64,000 nt of DNA from assembly GCF_018350175.1 (NCBI RefSeq), contig NC_058368.1:102922001-102986000 (forward strand). Direction: 5' to 3'. The position numbers were made by a program, and so were the translations under genes. Below the pieces are notes generated by a model. That model was not told where the DNA came from, searched no databases, and was given only the letters and a program-made list of their open reading frames with translations. The stretch comes from Felis catus. Taxonomy: Eukaryota. Shown here piece after piece: positions 35,560 to 48,805 of this stretch. Every line of letters starts with the position of its first letter. Position 1 is the stretch's first letter.

Positions 35560-38550
35560 CTGAGCATTAAAATATGTGAGGTAAAAAAGGCTAGAGATGC
35601 AAAACAAACACACAAAGAAACAAACAAAGAACAAAAAAAAAATGATGAATTCATTATTACAGCTGGAGACTTTAACATCCTTCTATCAGAAACGGATAGC
35701 TCCAGCAAGCAGAAAATCAGTAAAGACACATTTTAACTCAAGAGCACTTTTAAACAACCGGATATAATCACCACTTTTCAACTACTCCATCCTACAACAG
35801 AAGATGACACATTCTTTTCAAACCCCCACGGTCCACTCACCAAGACAGACCACCTTCTGGGCCATAAAACACACCTTAACCAACTTAACAGAATACAAAT
35901 CATATAAATGCTCTCAGACCAGAGTGGAATTAAACTAGAAGTCAACAACCTTAAAAAGATAGCTAGAAAATTACCCAAATACTTGGAGATGAAACAGTAT
36001 GCTTCTAACTAACACAAGGGTCTCAGAGAAAAATGTCTGGAGCGGTTAAAAAATATTTTGAACTAAATAAAAATGAAAACCCAATTTATCAAAATTTGCA
36101 AGATGCAGCAAAAGCGGTGCTTCGAGGGAAATTTATAGCACTGAATGTTTATATTAGGAAAGAAGAAAGATCTAAAAATCAGTGATCCAAGGTTCTGCTT
36201 TAGGCAAACAGAAAAAGAAGAGCAAGTTAAATCCAAAGTAAGCAAAAGACAAGAAATAATAAGAATTAGAGTAGAAATCAATGAAATTAAAAACAGAAAA
36301 TCAAAGAGAATATCAGTGAAACCAAAAACTAGTTGTTGGAAAAGGTCAATAAAGTTGGTAAGCTTTTAGGCAGGCTAACTAAGGAAAGAGAGAGAGTGAG
36401 AGAGTGAGAGAAAGAGAGAAGGAGAGAAACACAATTTATTATACCAAAAACAAAAGAGAGGGCATTTCTATAGATACCATGGACATTAAAATGATAATAA
36501 ATTAGCATTATGAAAAATTTTATGCTCGCAGATTTGATAATCTACATAAAATGGACCAATACCTTGAAGGGCACAATCTCTCCAAACTTACACAGGAAGA
36601 AATACACAATTTGAATAGGCCTATATCTATTAATGAAACTGAATCAATAATGAATAACTTTCCAAAAAAGAAAGCACCAGACTCAGGTGGGTTCACCGGT
36701 GAATTACACCAAACCTGTAAGGAAGAAATTATACTAATTCTCTACAATTTCTTCTGGAAAACAGAAGCAGAGGGAATACTTCCTAATTCATTCTATAAGA
36801 CCAGCATTACCCTGAAAACAAAACCAGACAAAAACATTACAAGAAATAAAAACTAGAGACCACTATCTCTTTTGAAGGTACATGTAAAAATTCTCAACAT
36901 AATATAAGTAAATCAAATCCAGCAAAAATTTAAAAAAATATTTATACACCATGATCAAGTAGGATTTATCACAGGTATGTAAGGCTGGTTCAACATTCAA
37001 AAATCGATTAACATAACCCATCACATCAATTGACTAAAGAAGAAAAATCTCATGATTATCTCACAAGGTGTGGAAAAAGCATCTGACAATATCCAACACC
37101 CCTACTTGATACAAACTTTTAACGGACTAGGGATAGAAAGGAACTTTCTTACCTTGATCAAAGACACCTATAAAACCCTACATACTGAATGGAGAGAAAC
37201 TCAAAGCTTCCCTACTAAGATCAGGAACAAAGCAAGGATGCTCCCCTGCCAGCCACTGCTTCCTTCAATATTGTATTGGAAGTCTCAGCTAAAGCAATGA
37301 GATAAGAAAAAGAAATAAAATGTATGCATATTTATTTATTTATTTATTTATTCATTTATTTTTAAATGTATGCATATTTAGATTGAATACATAAAGCGAT
37401 CTTTGTTTGCAGGTGACTTAATTGTTTTTGTAGAAAATCTGGAAGGACGGAGGAAAAAAATCCGAAACTAGTAAGTGGTAATAGCAAGGTTTTAGGATTT
37501 AAGATTAATATACAGAAGTTAATTGCTTTTCTCTACATGTCAGAAGTGATGTAGTGAAATTTGAAATGAAACATAATACCATTTACATGACGCTCCCCAA
37601 AACAAAATACTTAGATATAAATTGAACAAAGGATATGTAAGATCTATATGAGGAAAACCATAAAACTGTCATGAAAGATATCAAATGACTAAAGAAATGG
37701 AGAGATATTCATGTTTGTGGATAGGAAGATTCAATATTTTCAAGCTATCAGTTCTTCCTAACTTGATTTATAGATTCAGTGTAACTTTAATGAAAATCTC
37801 AGCTAGTTATTTTGTGGGTATTGAATAACTGATTCTCAAGTGTACATGGGGACGAAAAAGACAAAGACGAGCCAATTCAAAACTGAAGGAGAAGAACAGA
37901 GTCAGAAGACTGATACTACCTGACTTCAAGGCCTAGTTTAATGTTACAGTAATCAAGACAGAGTGGAATTGACAGACCAATAGACAAATAGGTCAATGAA
38001 ACAGAATACAGACCCCTGAAATACACCAACATCCATATGGGTCACTGATTTCTTACAAAGGAGCAAAGGTAATACAATGGAACAGAGACAACTTTTTCAA
38101 CAATGGGTGTTGGAGCAACTGGATGTCTACACGCCAGAGGGGGGGGGGAGAGGGAGGGAGAGAGAGAGAGAGAGGGAGACAAAGTGGGGGGGGGGAGGGA
38201 GGGAGGGAATTACTTATACACAAATCTTACTGTGTTGACAAAAATTAATTCTAAATGGATAAGAGACCTAAATGTAACATATAAAACTGTAAACTCACAA
38301 AATTCAACAATAAGAAAACAAACAACCATTTCTAAATATATTTAAAATACCTGAACAAGCATCTCATCAAAGAAGATCTACCGTGGCAATAACCATATGA
38401 AGAGATGTTTGATATCACATGTCATTAGGAAATCGCAAATTGAAACAGCAATGTCAAAACACTGCACATTTACTTAAGTGGCCAAAATCTAAAATACTTG
38501 ACAACATCAAGGGAAAGCAAGGCTACAGAGCAACAGAAAGTCTCGTTCTT
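35560..38550 (+). mobile_element. L1M (L1MC-like) ORF2 region, decayed and internally deleted
   Basis: Endonuclease-region DNA gctggagactttaac..cagaaaatcagtaaagac; ORF2 peptides EKEEQVKSKVSKRQEIIRIRVEINEI and LNRPIS..KKAPDSGGFTGE..GILPNSFYKTSITL. Confidence 0.95.
36551..36856 (+). pseudogene. L1 ORF2 fragment (Z region leading into reverse transcriptase)
   Basis: MDQYLEGHNLSKLTQEEIHNLNRPI..GILPNSFYKTSITLKTKPDK matches the recalled L1 ORF2 MDKFL..LNQEE..LNRPI..LPNSFYEASI.LIPKP. Confidence 0.9.
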
Positions 38551-38556
38551 TCCCAC

Positions 38557-38700
38557 CTCAGAGCCTGCAGCCTGTTTCAGGTTCTGTGTCCCCCTCTCTC
38601 TCTGTCCCTCCCCCACGCATGCTGTGTCTCTCTCTCTCAAAAATAAATGTTAAAAATAAATTACAAATAAAGTTTTTTCAATAAAAAAATAAGTATAAAA
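38557..38700 (+). mobile_element. 5'-truncated Can-SINE at the junction of two L1s
   Basis: Starts mid-body ctcagagcctgcagcctgtttcaggttctgtgtc; A-tail present; no TSD seen. Confidence 0.85.
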
Positions 38701-40520
38701 GTATATGCAAGTGGCCACTAAAGCACTCCAAACATGATAAAATAAAAACCAATTACAACTAGATTGAGGTATCATTTCTTACCTCGCAAATTGCTAGAGT
38801 TCAAAACCTAAATGCCATGCTTAGTGAGGCCGTGGGATACTCTCAGACACTGCACAAGAAAATGCAAGATGCTGCGATTTCTATGGAGGGAAGTCTGGCA
38901 AAGTTCCATACGGTGACATATACATTTGACGACACAGCTACAGGAACACGAAATCAAAGAAGCCTATCCCAATAAGAATGGTGAACAGTTTATGTTGTAT
39001 CCACACAACGTAACGCTATGTAGTCCTTCAGCAAACAAACAAGACAGAGAGAGGGAGGGAGACACAGAATCCGAAGCAGGCTCCAGGCTCCGAGCTGTCA
39101 GCACAGAGCCTGACGTGAGGATCCAGCTCACAGACCATGAGATCATGACTTGAGCCAAAGTCGGAGGCTCATCCGACTGAGCCACCTAGATGCCCTGATC
39201 GTGGTTTCTAAATAGCATTCTCCACTGAAAGAAACCAGGTTCTTCAGAGAATTGGCTGATTCTTCCAGGGATAGGAAAGTACAGGATAAGGCTCAGTCAA
39301 TATGTGCTAGAAATTAAGAAAGCATTCAAGTCCAAATGAGCTTATGTCAGCAGGGTAAAGGTGCTAGCTTGAAGGGCTCCCATCAGACAAGTTAGAGACA
39401 GTCTGGCATCCAAATAATGATAATATCACTAACAGCACTGTGTTAAACATATATGGAAAAAAAAAAATCACAGTGAGAGACAGAAAAGACAAAGAGGAGA
39501 AAAGAAAAAGGAGTAGGATTTTTCTATTTCGAATAATGCCACATAAATCCAGATTGAATGGTAGAATATTACACGTTTCCAATGTAATAAGTGATTCTGG
39601 CAAGGATTACTAAAAGATGATTATACTATTGGGTGAAGTTGGTTAGGAAATAAGATAGTCATGCAATCTTAAGGTATCATCACTCAGATTATTTATTATT
39701 TATAAAGAGAAAATTATACACCTAGCAAAGAGACACGTGACAGTCACTAGTTTAACAAAATGGTCAAACTTCACACTGTCAATAGGGGGACGAATTGACA
39801 CATGTTTCTTTTAACGTGATGTTTCTCTGGACGTACAAATCCAGCTCTGAAATGTTCCCAACAAAAGTCTTCAACCTGGGTCTGGTGGTGAGGAATACAT
39901 CGAAGTGATCTGGAATCTGTGACACATTCTTTAAGGTGATTGCCTTGGAATCTTCGAAACTGTTCAAAATCAGAGAAGGTGAGGACAGTGCTTCCTCCAT
40001 CAGAAGGGAATCAACAAACATTTCCTGTGACAGGCAGCCACCAAGCTTTCACGCTTTCCTAAGCCGTCTGTCTGATATTCTTCCTTGTTTTTTGTTTGTT
40101 TTATTTTTGTTTGGTTTTACAACTCTTTAAAAATGTAAAAATCCTTGTTAGATTGAGACAGAAAAACAAACCATGCAGAAGTGTCCCATGCCGTAGTTTG
40201 ATGACTGCTGTTCCAGATTTAAAGGAAAAATGAAGAAATATAACAGCCAAAAGCAATTTGCAAACCTTGAATGAATTCGAGATTGAAAAACAAACCAACT
40301 ATAAACGTCACTTGGGGACTAACAGGAGAAATGCAAATGTGGTCTGTATATTAGTAGATATTTTTGAACTACTGTTGTTTTCTCTACCATGTGACAATGG
40401 CATAGTGGTTACACTGGAAGATGTCATTTTCAGCGATGACTACTGAAATATCCCCAAGTGGATTGTTACACTAACTACAAATTGCTTTTAAACGTTGTAG
40501 GGAACATATATAGAAATAAA
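38701..40520 (+). mobile_element. Second, older L1 3' region (L1MC3/4-like)
   Basis: ggtttctaaatagcattctccactgaaagaaaccagg..ggctgattc and gtgacaatggcatagtggtta resemble the recalled L1MC 3'UTR. Confidence 0.7.
39042..39195 (-). mobile_element. Tail-less Can-SINE
   Basis: Head and body present, A-tail absent. Confidence 0.88.
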
Positions 40521-40667
40521 AGATACTAGGAGGCAATACATGTTCTTAAATGATGGGATGCACATCCAATTTACTCAGTCTTCCACAAAAATATCTGGAG
40601 AGATAAAGATCACAGAAATCAGTTTCCCAATTCTAGGCAGGAATGAATGATATCAAGCCTCTAGAAG

Positions 40668-40851
40668 AGGGTCGCCTGGGTGGCTCAGTTGGCTAAGCTC
40701 TTGATCTCGGCTCAGGCTGTGATTTCACCCTTTGTGAGATTAAGCCCCATGTTGGGCTCTGTGCTGACAGGGCAGAGTCTGCTTGGGATTCTCTCTCTCT
40801 CTCTCTCCCTCTCTCTTTCTCTCTCTCAAAATAAATAAACCTATAAAGAAA
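40668..40851 (+). mobile_element. Can-SINE
   Basis: TSD core cctctagaa on both sides. Confidence 0.9.
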
Positions 40852-40871
40852 ACCCTCTAGAATATAATTTA

Positions 40872-41078
40872 TTCTTTTTTTCTAAGTTTATTTATTTTGA
40901 GAGAGAGAGAAAGTTCAAGTTGGGGAAGAGCAGAGAGAGAGGGAGAGAGAGAGAGAATCCCAAGCAGGCTCCACGCTGTGAGTGCGTAGCCCGATGAGGG
41001 ACTCAAACTCACAAACAATGAGATCATGACCTGAGCTGAAGTCAGATGCTTAACTGACTGAGCTACCCAGTTGCTCCC
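40872..41078 (-). mobile_element. Can-SINE, tail-to-tail with the previous copy
   Basis: 13-bp TSD agaatataattta at 40859-40871 and 41079-41091. Confidence 0.93.
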
Positions 41079-43614
41079 AGAATATAATTTAAATGTGATT
41101 TGTTAGTATTTTAAAATTTGGGTCATATATGAACAATCAGAGAGCAAAGAAAAGAATGGATTAGCTTGAGAGTAAAAAAGAAGTATTATGAGAAATCATA
41201 AACACAATTTATGTTTTGGGTTTCAAGTCAGAATTCTGCATTTACAAGCATCATGAAGACTATGACTCAAACCTCAGTCTGCAGATAAGAAAACCACTGC
41301 CCAGAGAGAATTTGTTCTATTCAAATTTATTCTTTCCAAAAATATTAGTTACTGTAAAAGAGCAGGAACTATAATGCACAATACATGTGTCTTTCCACTG
41401 TATTGTGGCTGCTTATATATAGCTCAAAATTACATATTTGCTAAAGCCTTCATTTACCTTAGTTTGTAAGATCAGCCTTCCCAATTCCTCTGAACACAGC
41501 AAACTATTTAATCGCCTTCTTTCTACTTGTGACTATCACTGTGCTGATAAAGAAAGAATGAATAACAAATCGAGCTATTTACTGGAAACCATGCCCCTTG
41601 CCTCTCACAGAAACACAACAAAACAAGCTCAGAGGGCACGGAGCTTTATGAAATCAAAGAAAGGGGTCCTGGTCTATGTGTTTGTCATTTACATTGTAAA
41701 GGACAGAAGATATTCCAAGAAAAAGTCTATTTGTAAAAGTCTGAATATCTTGTAGAGGTTCTTCTGAATCAGAAAAATCCCCTCCATCCCCCCACTCTGT
41801 TCCAAACAAAGTTGAACTGCATGGCACCTGATGGACGACTAAATACACCACACGCAAAGGTAAGGGGAGTAAGATGTGGGATTGAGAGAGAGGAAGGAAT
41901 GAGAGGGCTTTAAGGCATAGAGAACCCTTGGTGGAAAGAGACTCAACAGAGAGCACGTAAAGTGAAGGATTTCTCTTCCCCTAGACAAGAGGGAGGATTT
42001 TACAGTTAGCTTTGAAGATCCCCTTGCATTTTGTGGATGTGGATTCCCTTCCGTTTTATATTCAAAATTCCTTCTTCATTTGAAAAAAAAAATGAATTGG
42101 AGAGATTTCTGTGTTGATAGTATCCTTAAGTCTCTAATAGCTGCAATTATTTAAGTTCCCATTAGATTATATTGGCGTTTGACATCCAAGGACACCTCTA
42201 TTAAAAAGAGTTTGGTGGGTAGTCTGTTCCGTAGATATCTTTGATGTCTTTAGCAAAAGATGTCTTTTCAATGTAAAAAGAAAGGAGCAGTGGCTGTCCG
42301 TAGCTGCCTTCAGTGTGAGAATGTGCTGGAATATTTTATTGTTGGGTTGGCATTGAAGTCCGCTGTGAAATGATTTTTATGAATGCTATTTCCTGGGAAG
42401 CTCACAGTACTGAGAATTGCATGTCATGAGGCCGTGATCCCAGGGAGCAGAAATCAAATAAATAAAGGTCTTGGGGAATTATGGTCTATGGGATATATTT
42501 TCTTCCCAAAATGAGTCCATAGTTCACTTTGATGGTGAGTTTAAATGGATCATATGAGAACAGAAAAATACATCTATCTTTAAGTGGTAACAAAGTTCCA
42601 TTTAAGAATTTCCCCCATAAAAATAATATCCGAGGTCTAAAATTCCAACAGAAAAATAAGACAAGAAAAGGGAAGAGTGACTATAGTAGGGGACATGGTT
42701 TAATACACTGTTTTGAATCTTTTGATTTAATGATATACATATTTAGGAAGTGGGAAATGGCAACATAGAGCTTACTATTGCATAAGGATATATGCTTGAG
42801 GGTTCTTCTCTCTAACAGCCATATAAAAAGGGGTTCTCATTAAGGAGAAGTAGGCTAATCGCAAAAAAGGAAAAGATTATAACAGCTTGGCTATAGCTAC
42901 AGAGGGAGGGATGGTCTGTATTGGGACACAGAGTGGAGAGAACTACTGATTATACTCTGGGTCAATGCAATCATCTCCACAGCAGAATAGCCTGGGACTC
43001 TAAAATGTATGCATTCTTACAACCTTACCCTACAGAAATGCTGGGCAAATGTTCAGTAGGTCTCACTCAAGGAAATTTTGTAATTATCTTCCAGATAATT
43101 TTAAGGAGGAGGCATATTTTAGAACATGATGACAGAACAATAATTAACAAAAGCTTCATATTCAAATGAGACACAGACATCCTTCAGACATTCATATTCT
43201 GACAGACTATTAGGTTGACTCATTCGGTTGTTAATGACAATGAATTGGGCAATCCTTTGTAATATGCATTAAAATTTTAAATGATTGGGGCAATTTGGAG
43301 ACATGAGCAGAACCCAAGTGAAATCTAAAAGGAATAAAATCAGGATTTGTCAAGCTGTAGTAAGTAAAAGGAAAAGAAAGTTTCTCAGTAAGTTTTTTCT
43401 ATCAGAGTGCTATGAGAGTCAAAGGATACATCTGATGGAGAATATGTCAAGTATCTATGCAAATATTAGGAAAAATCAATCAATGCCAAGCATGGGTAAA
43501 TACTCAACATATGTGTTTTCAAAGAATATTAAACATTGAAAACAGTCTATTTATCATTTTATATCCTATTGTATGGGTACTCTATAGATCTGCTGTTAAA
43601 ATGAGGTGAATAAT

Positions 43615-43841
43615 GGGGCGCCTGGGTGGCGCAGTCGGTTAAGCGTCCGACTTCAGCCAGGTCACGATCTCATGGTCCGTGAGTTCGAGCCCCGCGTCGG
43701 GCTCTGGGCAGATGGCTCAGAGCCTGGAGCCTGTTTCCGATTCTGTGTCTCCCTCTCTCTCTGCCCCTCCCCCGTTCATGCTCTGTCTCTCTCTGTCCCA
43801 AAAATAAATAAACGTTGAAAAAAAAATTAAAAAAAAATAAA
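43615..43841 (+). mobile_element. Young SINEC_Fc
   Basis: 18-bp TSD taaaatgaggtgaataat at 43597-43614 and 43842-43859. Confidence 0.97.
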
Positions 43842-45306
43842 TAAAATGAGGTGAATAATAATGAACATAACCATTGCAAGACATAATGCTGAACCTCGGT
43901 ATTAAACGAGAAATATTATGGTAGAGCTCTTAAATTAGGATAATGCTAAAGTATACAGATTGATAAAATTCTGGCTTCCTCTTTTGAGAAAGACTCCATT
44001 AAAATAACACTCTAAGCTCGGAATGTGGTTTCCTGTCCAGCAGGCCAGGCCAGGATTCTGAAGCCTCCAAGCATTAAAAATAATAAGGACAAGAATAATG
44101 TCTACTCTAAGAACAATAATATGAGAGCATTATAGAGAATGCTTTCTCTGTTTTAGCTCCCTTCATTCCCAAAGATCAGTGGAGGAATTCTTTTTTCCCC
44201 CTTCAAAAAGAAGGCAAAGTAACTCGCCCAAGGTCATGCAGGTAATAAGCAGCCAAGAGAGCTAATTCTGAGTCTAGTCAGTAACCTTAATTGTCAACTC
44301 CAGCATTGTAGTTCAAACTAGCGAAGAGACTGGCCCCTCTTTTCTGTGTGGGCACGAGGTCATCACCAAATTCTAAATGTAAGCAGTTCCTGTTTCAGTG
44401 CTGCTTTGCGGGGGGTACAAATCTTTGGGGTCTCTTGGCATTTTGTTGACTCTGAGAGCAGGGCCTCAGATTTTAGGGGACTTGGTTTTGGCACTCTCTC
44501 CCGGCGGGTGAATTTTGGAGGTAGGTAAGACAGAGAGCAAATGTGAATCCATGCAGGAGACAAATATGGAGGTGCTCCAGTCAATGTGTCAACATGGACT
44601 TCTGGAAGGACCTTTAAAGTAGCTGAAATGATTGGCTCCTTCTTCTACGTCCTACTTGCTGCACTGTGTTCATCTAGAGAATATAAATGTAAATTAAAAA
44701 GGTTTCCCCCTGAAGCATATATGAAGACAAATAGGACTGAGGGTCACAGATGTTCTCCTCACTTGACTGTTGTTGGATATCTTAGGAAACTACCCAGAGT
44801 TATTTTTAAAGGTCTTCAGAATCAAAGAGCACTCAAAAATGTTCAACAGAGTTCCGAGTAGTCACGCTAGTAATATTCCTGCCTACACAATTACCAGCCG
44901 AACAAAATTATGATATAAAGTTTGGAGACTGGGGCTGCCATTGACTAGAGTCATTTTCAAAGAGACCCTTTCAGTGACTATGGTAATACACACAGTCAAA
45001 TTCCCATGTAGAATTTTTATTGTGAATTGAAATTCATACAGAATATGTAATCTCTTTTTTATTAGAGTGCTCCAAAAATCAAATAGGAAATAGCAAGAAA
45101 TCAAGATTAAAAAAAAAAAAAGCCAATGGAAATACCAACATAAATATTCCACATGATCACTGCTGTAGATATTTTAACAGATACCCCAAGACACCATAAC
45201 TCAAATCTCGAAAGTTACCTCTCTCTCATGTGCCTTCTGATCGCTCACCTCAGCCACCAACTTACAAAGTTTCTTCTCTTCCTCATTCCATTTAAAAGAG
45301 AAGTGA

Positions 45307-45514
45307 GAGGTATCTGGGTGGCTCAGTCAGTGAAGCTTCTGATTCTTGGCTTTAGCTCAGGTCATGATCTCATGATTGGTGGGGTTAAGCCCCACTTCAG
45401 GCTCTGTGCTGACAAGGCCAAGCCTTGTTGGGATTCTCTCTTTCTGCCCTCTTTTGCTCACGTGTGCATTTCTGCTCTGTCTCCAAAATACATAAACATT
45501 TTAAAAAATAATAA
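45307..45514 (+). mobile_element. Can-SINE (old)
   Basis: TSD aaaagagaa(g/c)tga on both sides. Confidence 0.9.
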
Positions 45515-46026
45515 AAAAAGAGAACTGAATATTCAGTTGCTGAACGACAAAATGCACCCCAAAATTACGGAGCTGAATCTTTTGCCTCTTCTCTAATATT
45601 TAGATATTTAGTAAAAAACAAAACAAAAACAACAAAAAACAGTACTGGCAATTTCACACTCTAAAAGGCACTCAAATCCATCTTTTCTCCATTCTCAAAG
45701 CCTCTGGCTATTTAATTCAGGCTCAGAACACCAATGACTTGAACTTTTACAGTAGATTTTCATTTCCCCTACTGCCTGCGTATCTTGAATTCATCTTCCA
45801 AACTGCTACTATAGCTATTTTTCTAAAATCACAAATCCAATTATCACACGTTCCTAGTTAAAACACTCCTCATGCCCTAGACGATAAAGTCTTAACTTTA
45901 GAAAGTCATTTGGGATTCTTTGTAGTCTGTCCTCAGTCTACAGTCCTCACTCTCTGGGGTGCTCCTGAACCCCTTCCTGCACACCCATTTCTTAGACACG
46001 TGTTCGGTTGTACGTGTTCTTTACAT

Positions 46027-46212
46027 CAGTGATCCGGAAACTCAAGTGTGCACTAGAATCATCTAGAAGGCACGCTAAAACACAGATGGCTGTTTCTCAA
46101 TCCCAGAGTATTCGATTCAGGAGGTCTGAATTGGGCCCGAGTCCGCATTTCTCACAAATTCCCAGATGATGTTGCTGTTGTTGACCTGGGTACCACACTT
46201 TGATGACCTGTT
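46027..46212 (+). mobile_element. MER5A MITE
   Basis: cagtg..tagaatcatctagaagg..taaaacacagatggctg..cccagagtattcgattcaggaggtctg..gcatttctcacaaattcccagatgatg..ccacactttga. Confidence 0.85.
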
Positions 46213-46538
46213 CTCTAAACCAAGTCAGATTTTCAACTAAGTAAAACTTTCGACTCAGCTCCAAATCCCTTTTGTTTCCTTTTTTTTTTTTTTTTTGCTG
46301 GGGCCCCTCTTGACCACTCCTAAGTTTATGTACAACTCTTTCTAGGTTTGTAAGTATTATTCATGATACAAAAGCTCTAGTTAGTTGATATGACTTGTCT
46401 TCTTCCTTTGACTGTAAGTTTTTTAAGCTAGAAAGTATGCTATATTCATTTTTATGTTCCTAGACTTGGCACATTGGAGGGGAACTCAGTCTCCTTTGCT
46501 GAATGAATGAATATTGGGAGTACTGTATTTGCATTCTT

Positions 46539-47019
46539 TTTTTTTTAATTTTTTTAACGTTTATTTATTTATTTATTTATTTATTTAATTTATTTATTTA
46601 AAAAAAATTTTTTTTCAACGTTTATTTATTTTTGGGACAGAGAGAGACAGAGCATGAACGGGGGAGGGGCAGAGAGAGAGGGAGACACAGAATCGGAAGC
46701 AGGCTCCAGGCTCTGAGCCATCAGCCCAGAGCCTGACGCGGGGCTCGAACTCACGGACCGCGAGATCGTGACCTGGCTGAAGTCAGACGCTTAACCGACT
46801 GCGCCACCCAGGCGCCCCTAACGTTTATTTTTGAGACAGAGAGAGACAGAGCATGAACAGGGGAGGGGCAGAGAGAGAGGGAGACACAGAGCCGGAAACA
46901 GCCTCCAGGCTCTGAGCTGTCAGCACAAAGCCCGACGCGGGGCTCGAACTCACAGACCGTGAGATCATGACCTGAGCCGAAGTCGGACGCTTAACCTACC
47001 GAGCCACCCAGGCGCCCCG
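46539..47019 (-). mobile_element. Can-SINE host with a young SINEC_Fc (46567-46818) inserted in its tail
   Basis: Outer TSD tgtatttgcattctt at 46524-46538 and 47020-47034; inner TSD taacgtttattt at 46555-46566 and 46819-46830. Confidence 0.96.
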
Positions 47020-48009
47020 TGTATTTGCATTCTTGACTGGGCCATTTTCCAGATATAGAATTGGCCGTGCTGTCTGTTAACTTTAAAAGCTACTAGTACA
47101 TGTGTTTCAGTGACCTTTTGATAACATTTCACAGCTCTTAACAATTCACCAAAGGGAATTTTAAGGCAACCCTAATCTTACATTCTAATGAACAAAAGAA
47201 ACATATATGACAGGTAGTCAGAAATCAGTCTGAGGAAATTCAGTACAACATGAAACAAAAGACTTTAAAATTACCCTGGAGGTGTCATGGGCCCCTTCCT
47301 CCCATCATCCCTTTGCTGAAGGTGTGGCTACCTGGTGAAAACATAATGAGGATACTGTGGTAGTTAACTGAAAAACAACAGGTGAATGAAAATGCAGTCA
47401 AAATAATAGCTTGGCAATGTGCTGAGTGAGCAAGTAGATGATTTATTGTTTCTCCTTCAACTGGTGTTCTTTCATTGCGAATAGAGCGTAAAGGGTGTAT
47501 ATGGATTTATATGATCTATAGAGATAAGGAAAGGATTCTTAGGAAAGGGTGAACCCTTTTCTTGCTTTTAACTCATGATCCAAAGTCAGTGATGAGGCCA
47601 ACCAACAGGCTGGGGCCTGAATCTTCTACTTTGACTTGACTAATACCTGGTCCTTGGAACTCTTACTCACATGGCCAGAAGAACATTTCTCAACACAAAA
47701 AGCAAGGCAATAACAGTTTTCTCACCCAGAGGTGAGCAAAGAAGACATGATCCTGGAATGCTGACTGGTGTGGTGAGGTTAGGTGTGGCGGGATGGGCAA
47801 CGGAGCTCAGGGGAACTGGCCCTGACTGGGAAGGACCTTGAATGTCATGCCATGAAGCCTGCATTTGATTCTGCAGGCATTTCAGAGCCACTGACCTAAT
47901 TTCAGATTGAGAATTAGAGAAACTAGAAGCAGAGAGATTACAAGTCAAAAGATTGGGCCCTGAGTCACTGCAGGATGAGGAAGAATATTTCAGAGAAAGA
48001 CTTGGTGAC

Positions 48010-48335
48010 TGTTTTACTCAGTGTTCTCCAGAAAAAAACAGAACCAATAGAAGACTCAGGAAAGAGCCAATGTTGCAATTCCAAGTTTGTGGGTGGAATT
48101 CCTTTTTGCCCAGGGGTGAGGAGTCAGGGAGAGGTCAATTTTTGTTATCTGAAGGCATTTAACTGATGGCATAAGACCCACCCCCATTATGGAGGACAGT
48201 GTGCTTCATTAAAAGGTTACCAATTTAAATGTCAAGGTCATCCAAAATAATCTCAACAGAAACATCCAGAACAATGTTTGATCAAATCTAGACACCATGG
48301 CCCAGATACGCTGATACCTAAAATTAACCATCATG
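48010..48335 (-). mobile_element. MLT2 (ERVL) solo LTR, internally deleted, within an L2 relic
   Basis: tgttttactcagtgttctccaga..acagaaccaatag start; aaaattaaccatca end; 5-bp TSD gtgac at 48005-48009 and 48336-48340. Confidence 0.85.
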
Positions 48336-48605
48336 GTGACCAATGGGATGGAGAACTAACAGCAAGTGAGATAAAGGACAGATGTCTGGTTGGTGTTTAG
48401 CTTGGATATTCAGCAAATGGTGATGTTTTTAATTAAGACAGGAGTGTTGAGGGGCAAATTTTGGTGAGAGGACATTTTTCATTACGCAAGGAACATTTAC
48501 TGTTCATCAAGCTTGCATCGAATACTAACCCAAAGAGGTCTTTTCACAGTATGTGCGGGACTGAATAAAGATATAGAAAATATCATATTAAGAGGAACCA
48601 TTTAC

Positions 48606-48805
48606 AGGGGCACCAGGTGGCTCAGTCAGTTAAGGACCGACGCTTGATTTCAGTTCAGGTCACGATCTCACGCTTGTGAGATCAGCCTCCATGCTAGGCA
48701 TGGAGCCTGCTTAAGATTCTCTCTCTCCCTCTCCCTCTGCTGCTTCTTTGCTCGTGCTCTCTCTCAAAAAAAAAAAAAAAAAAAAAAACAAAAACCAAAA
48801 AACAA
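48606..48805 (+). mobile_element. Can-SINE followed by a MIR fragment (about 48810-48920)
   Basis: ggggcaccaggtggctcagtcagttaag head; long A-tail. Confidence 0.9.

Noticed and set aside
45153..45596. Longest ORF in the window (147 aa)
   Set aside because: Runs through an old SINE and L2-like DNA; no recognisable domain.
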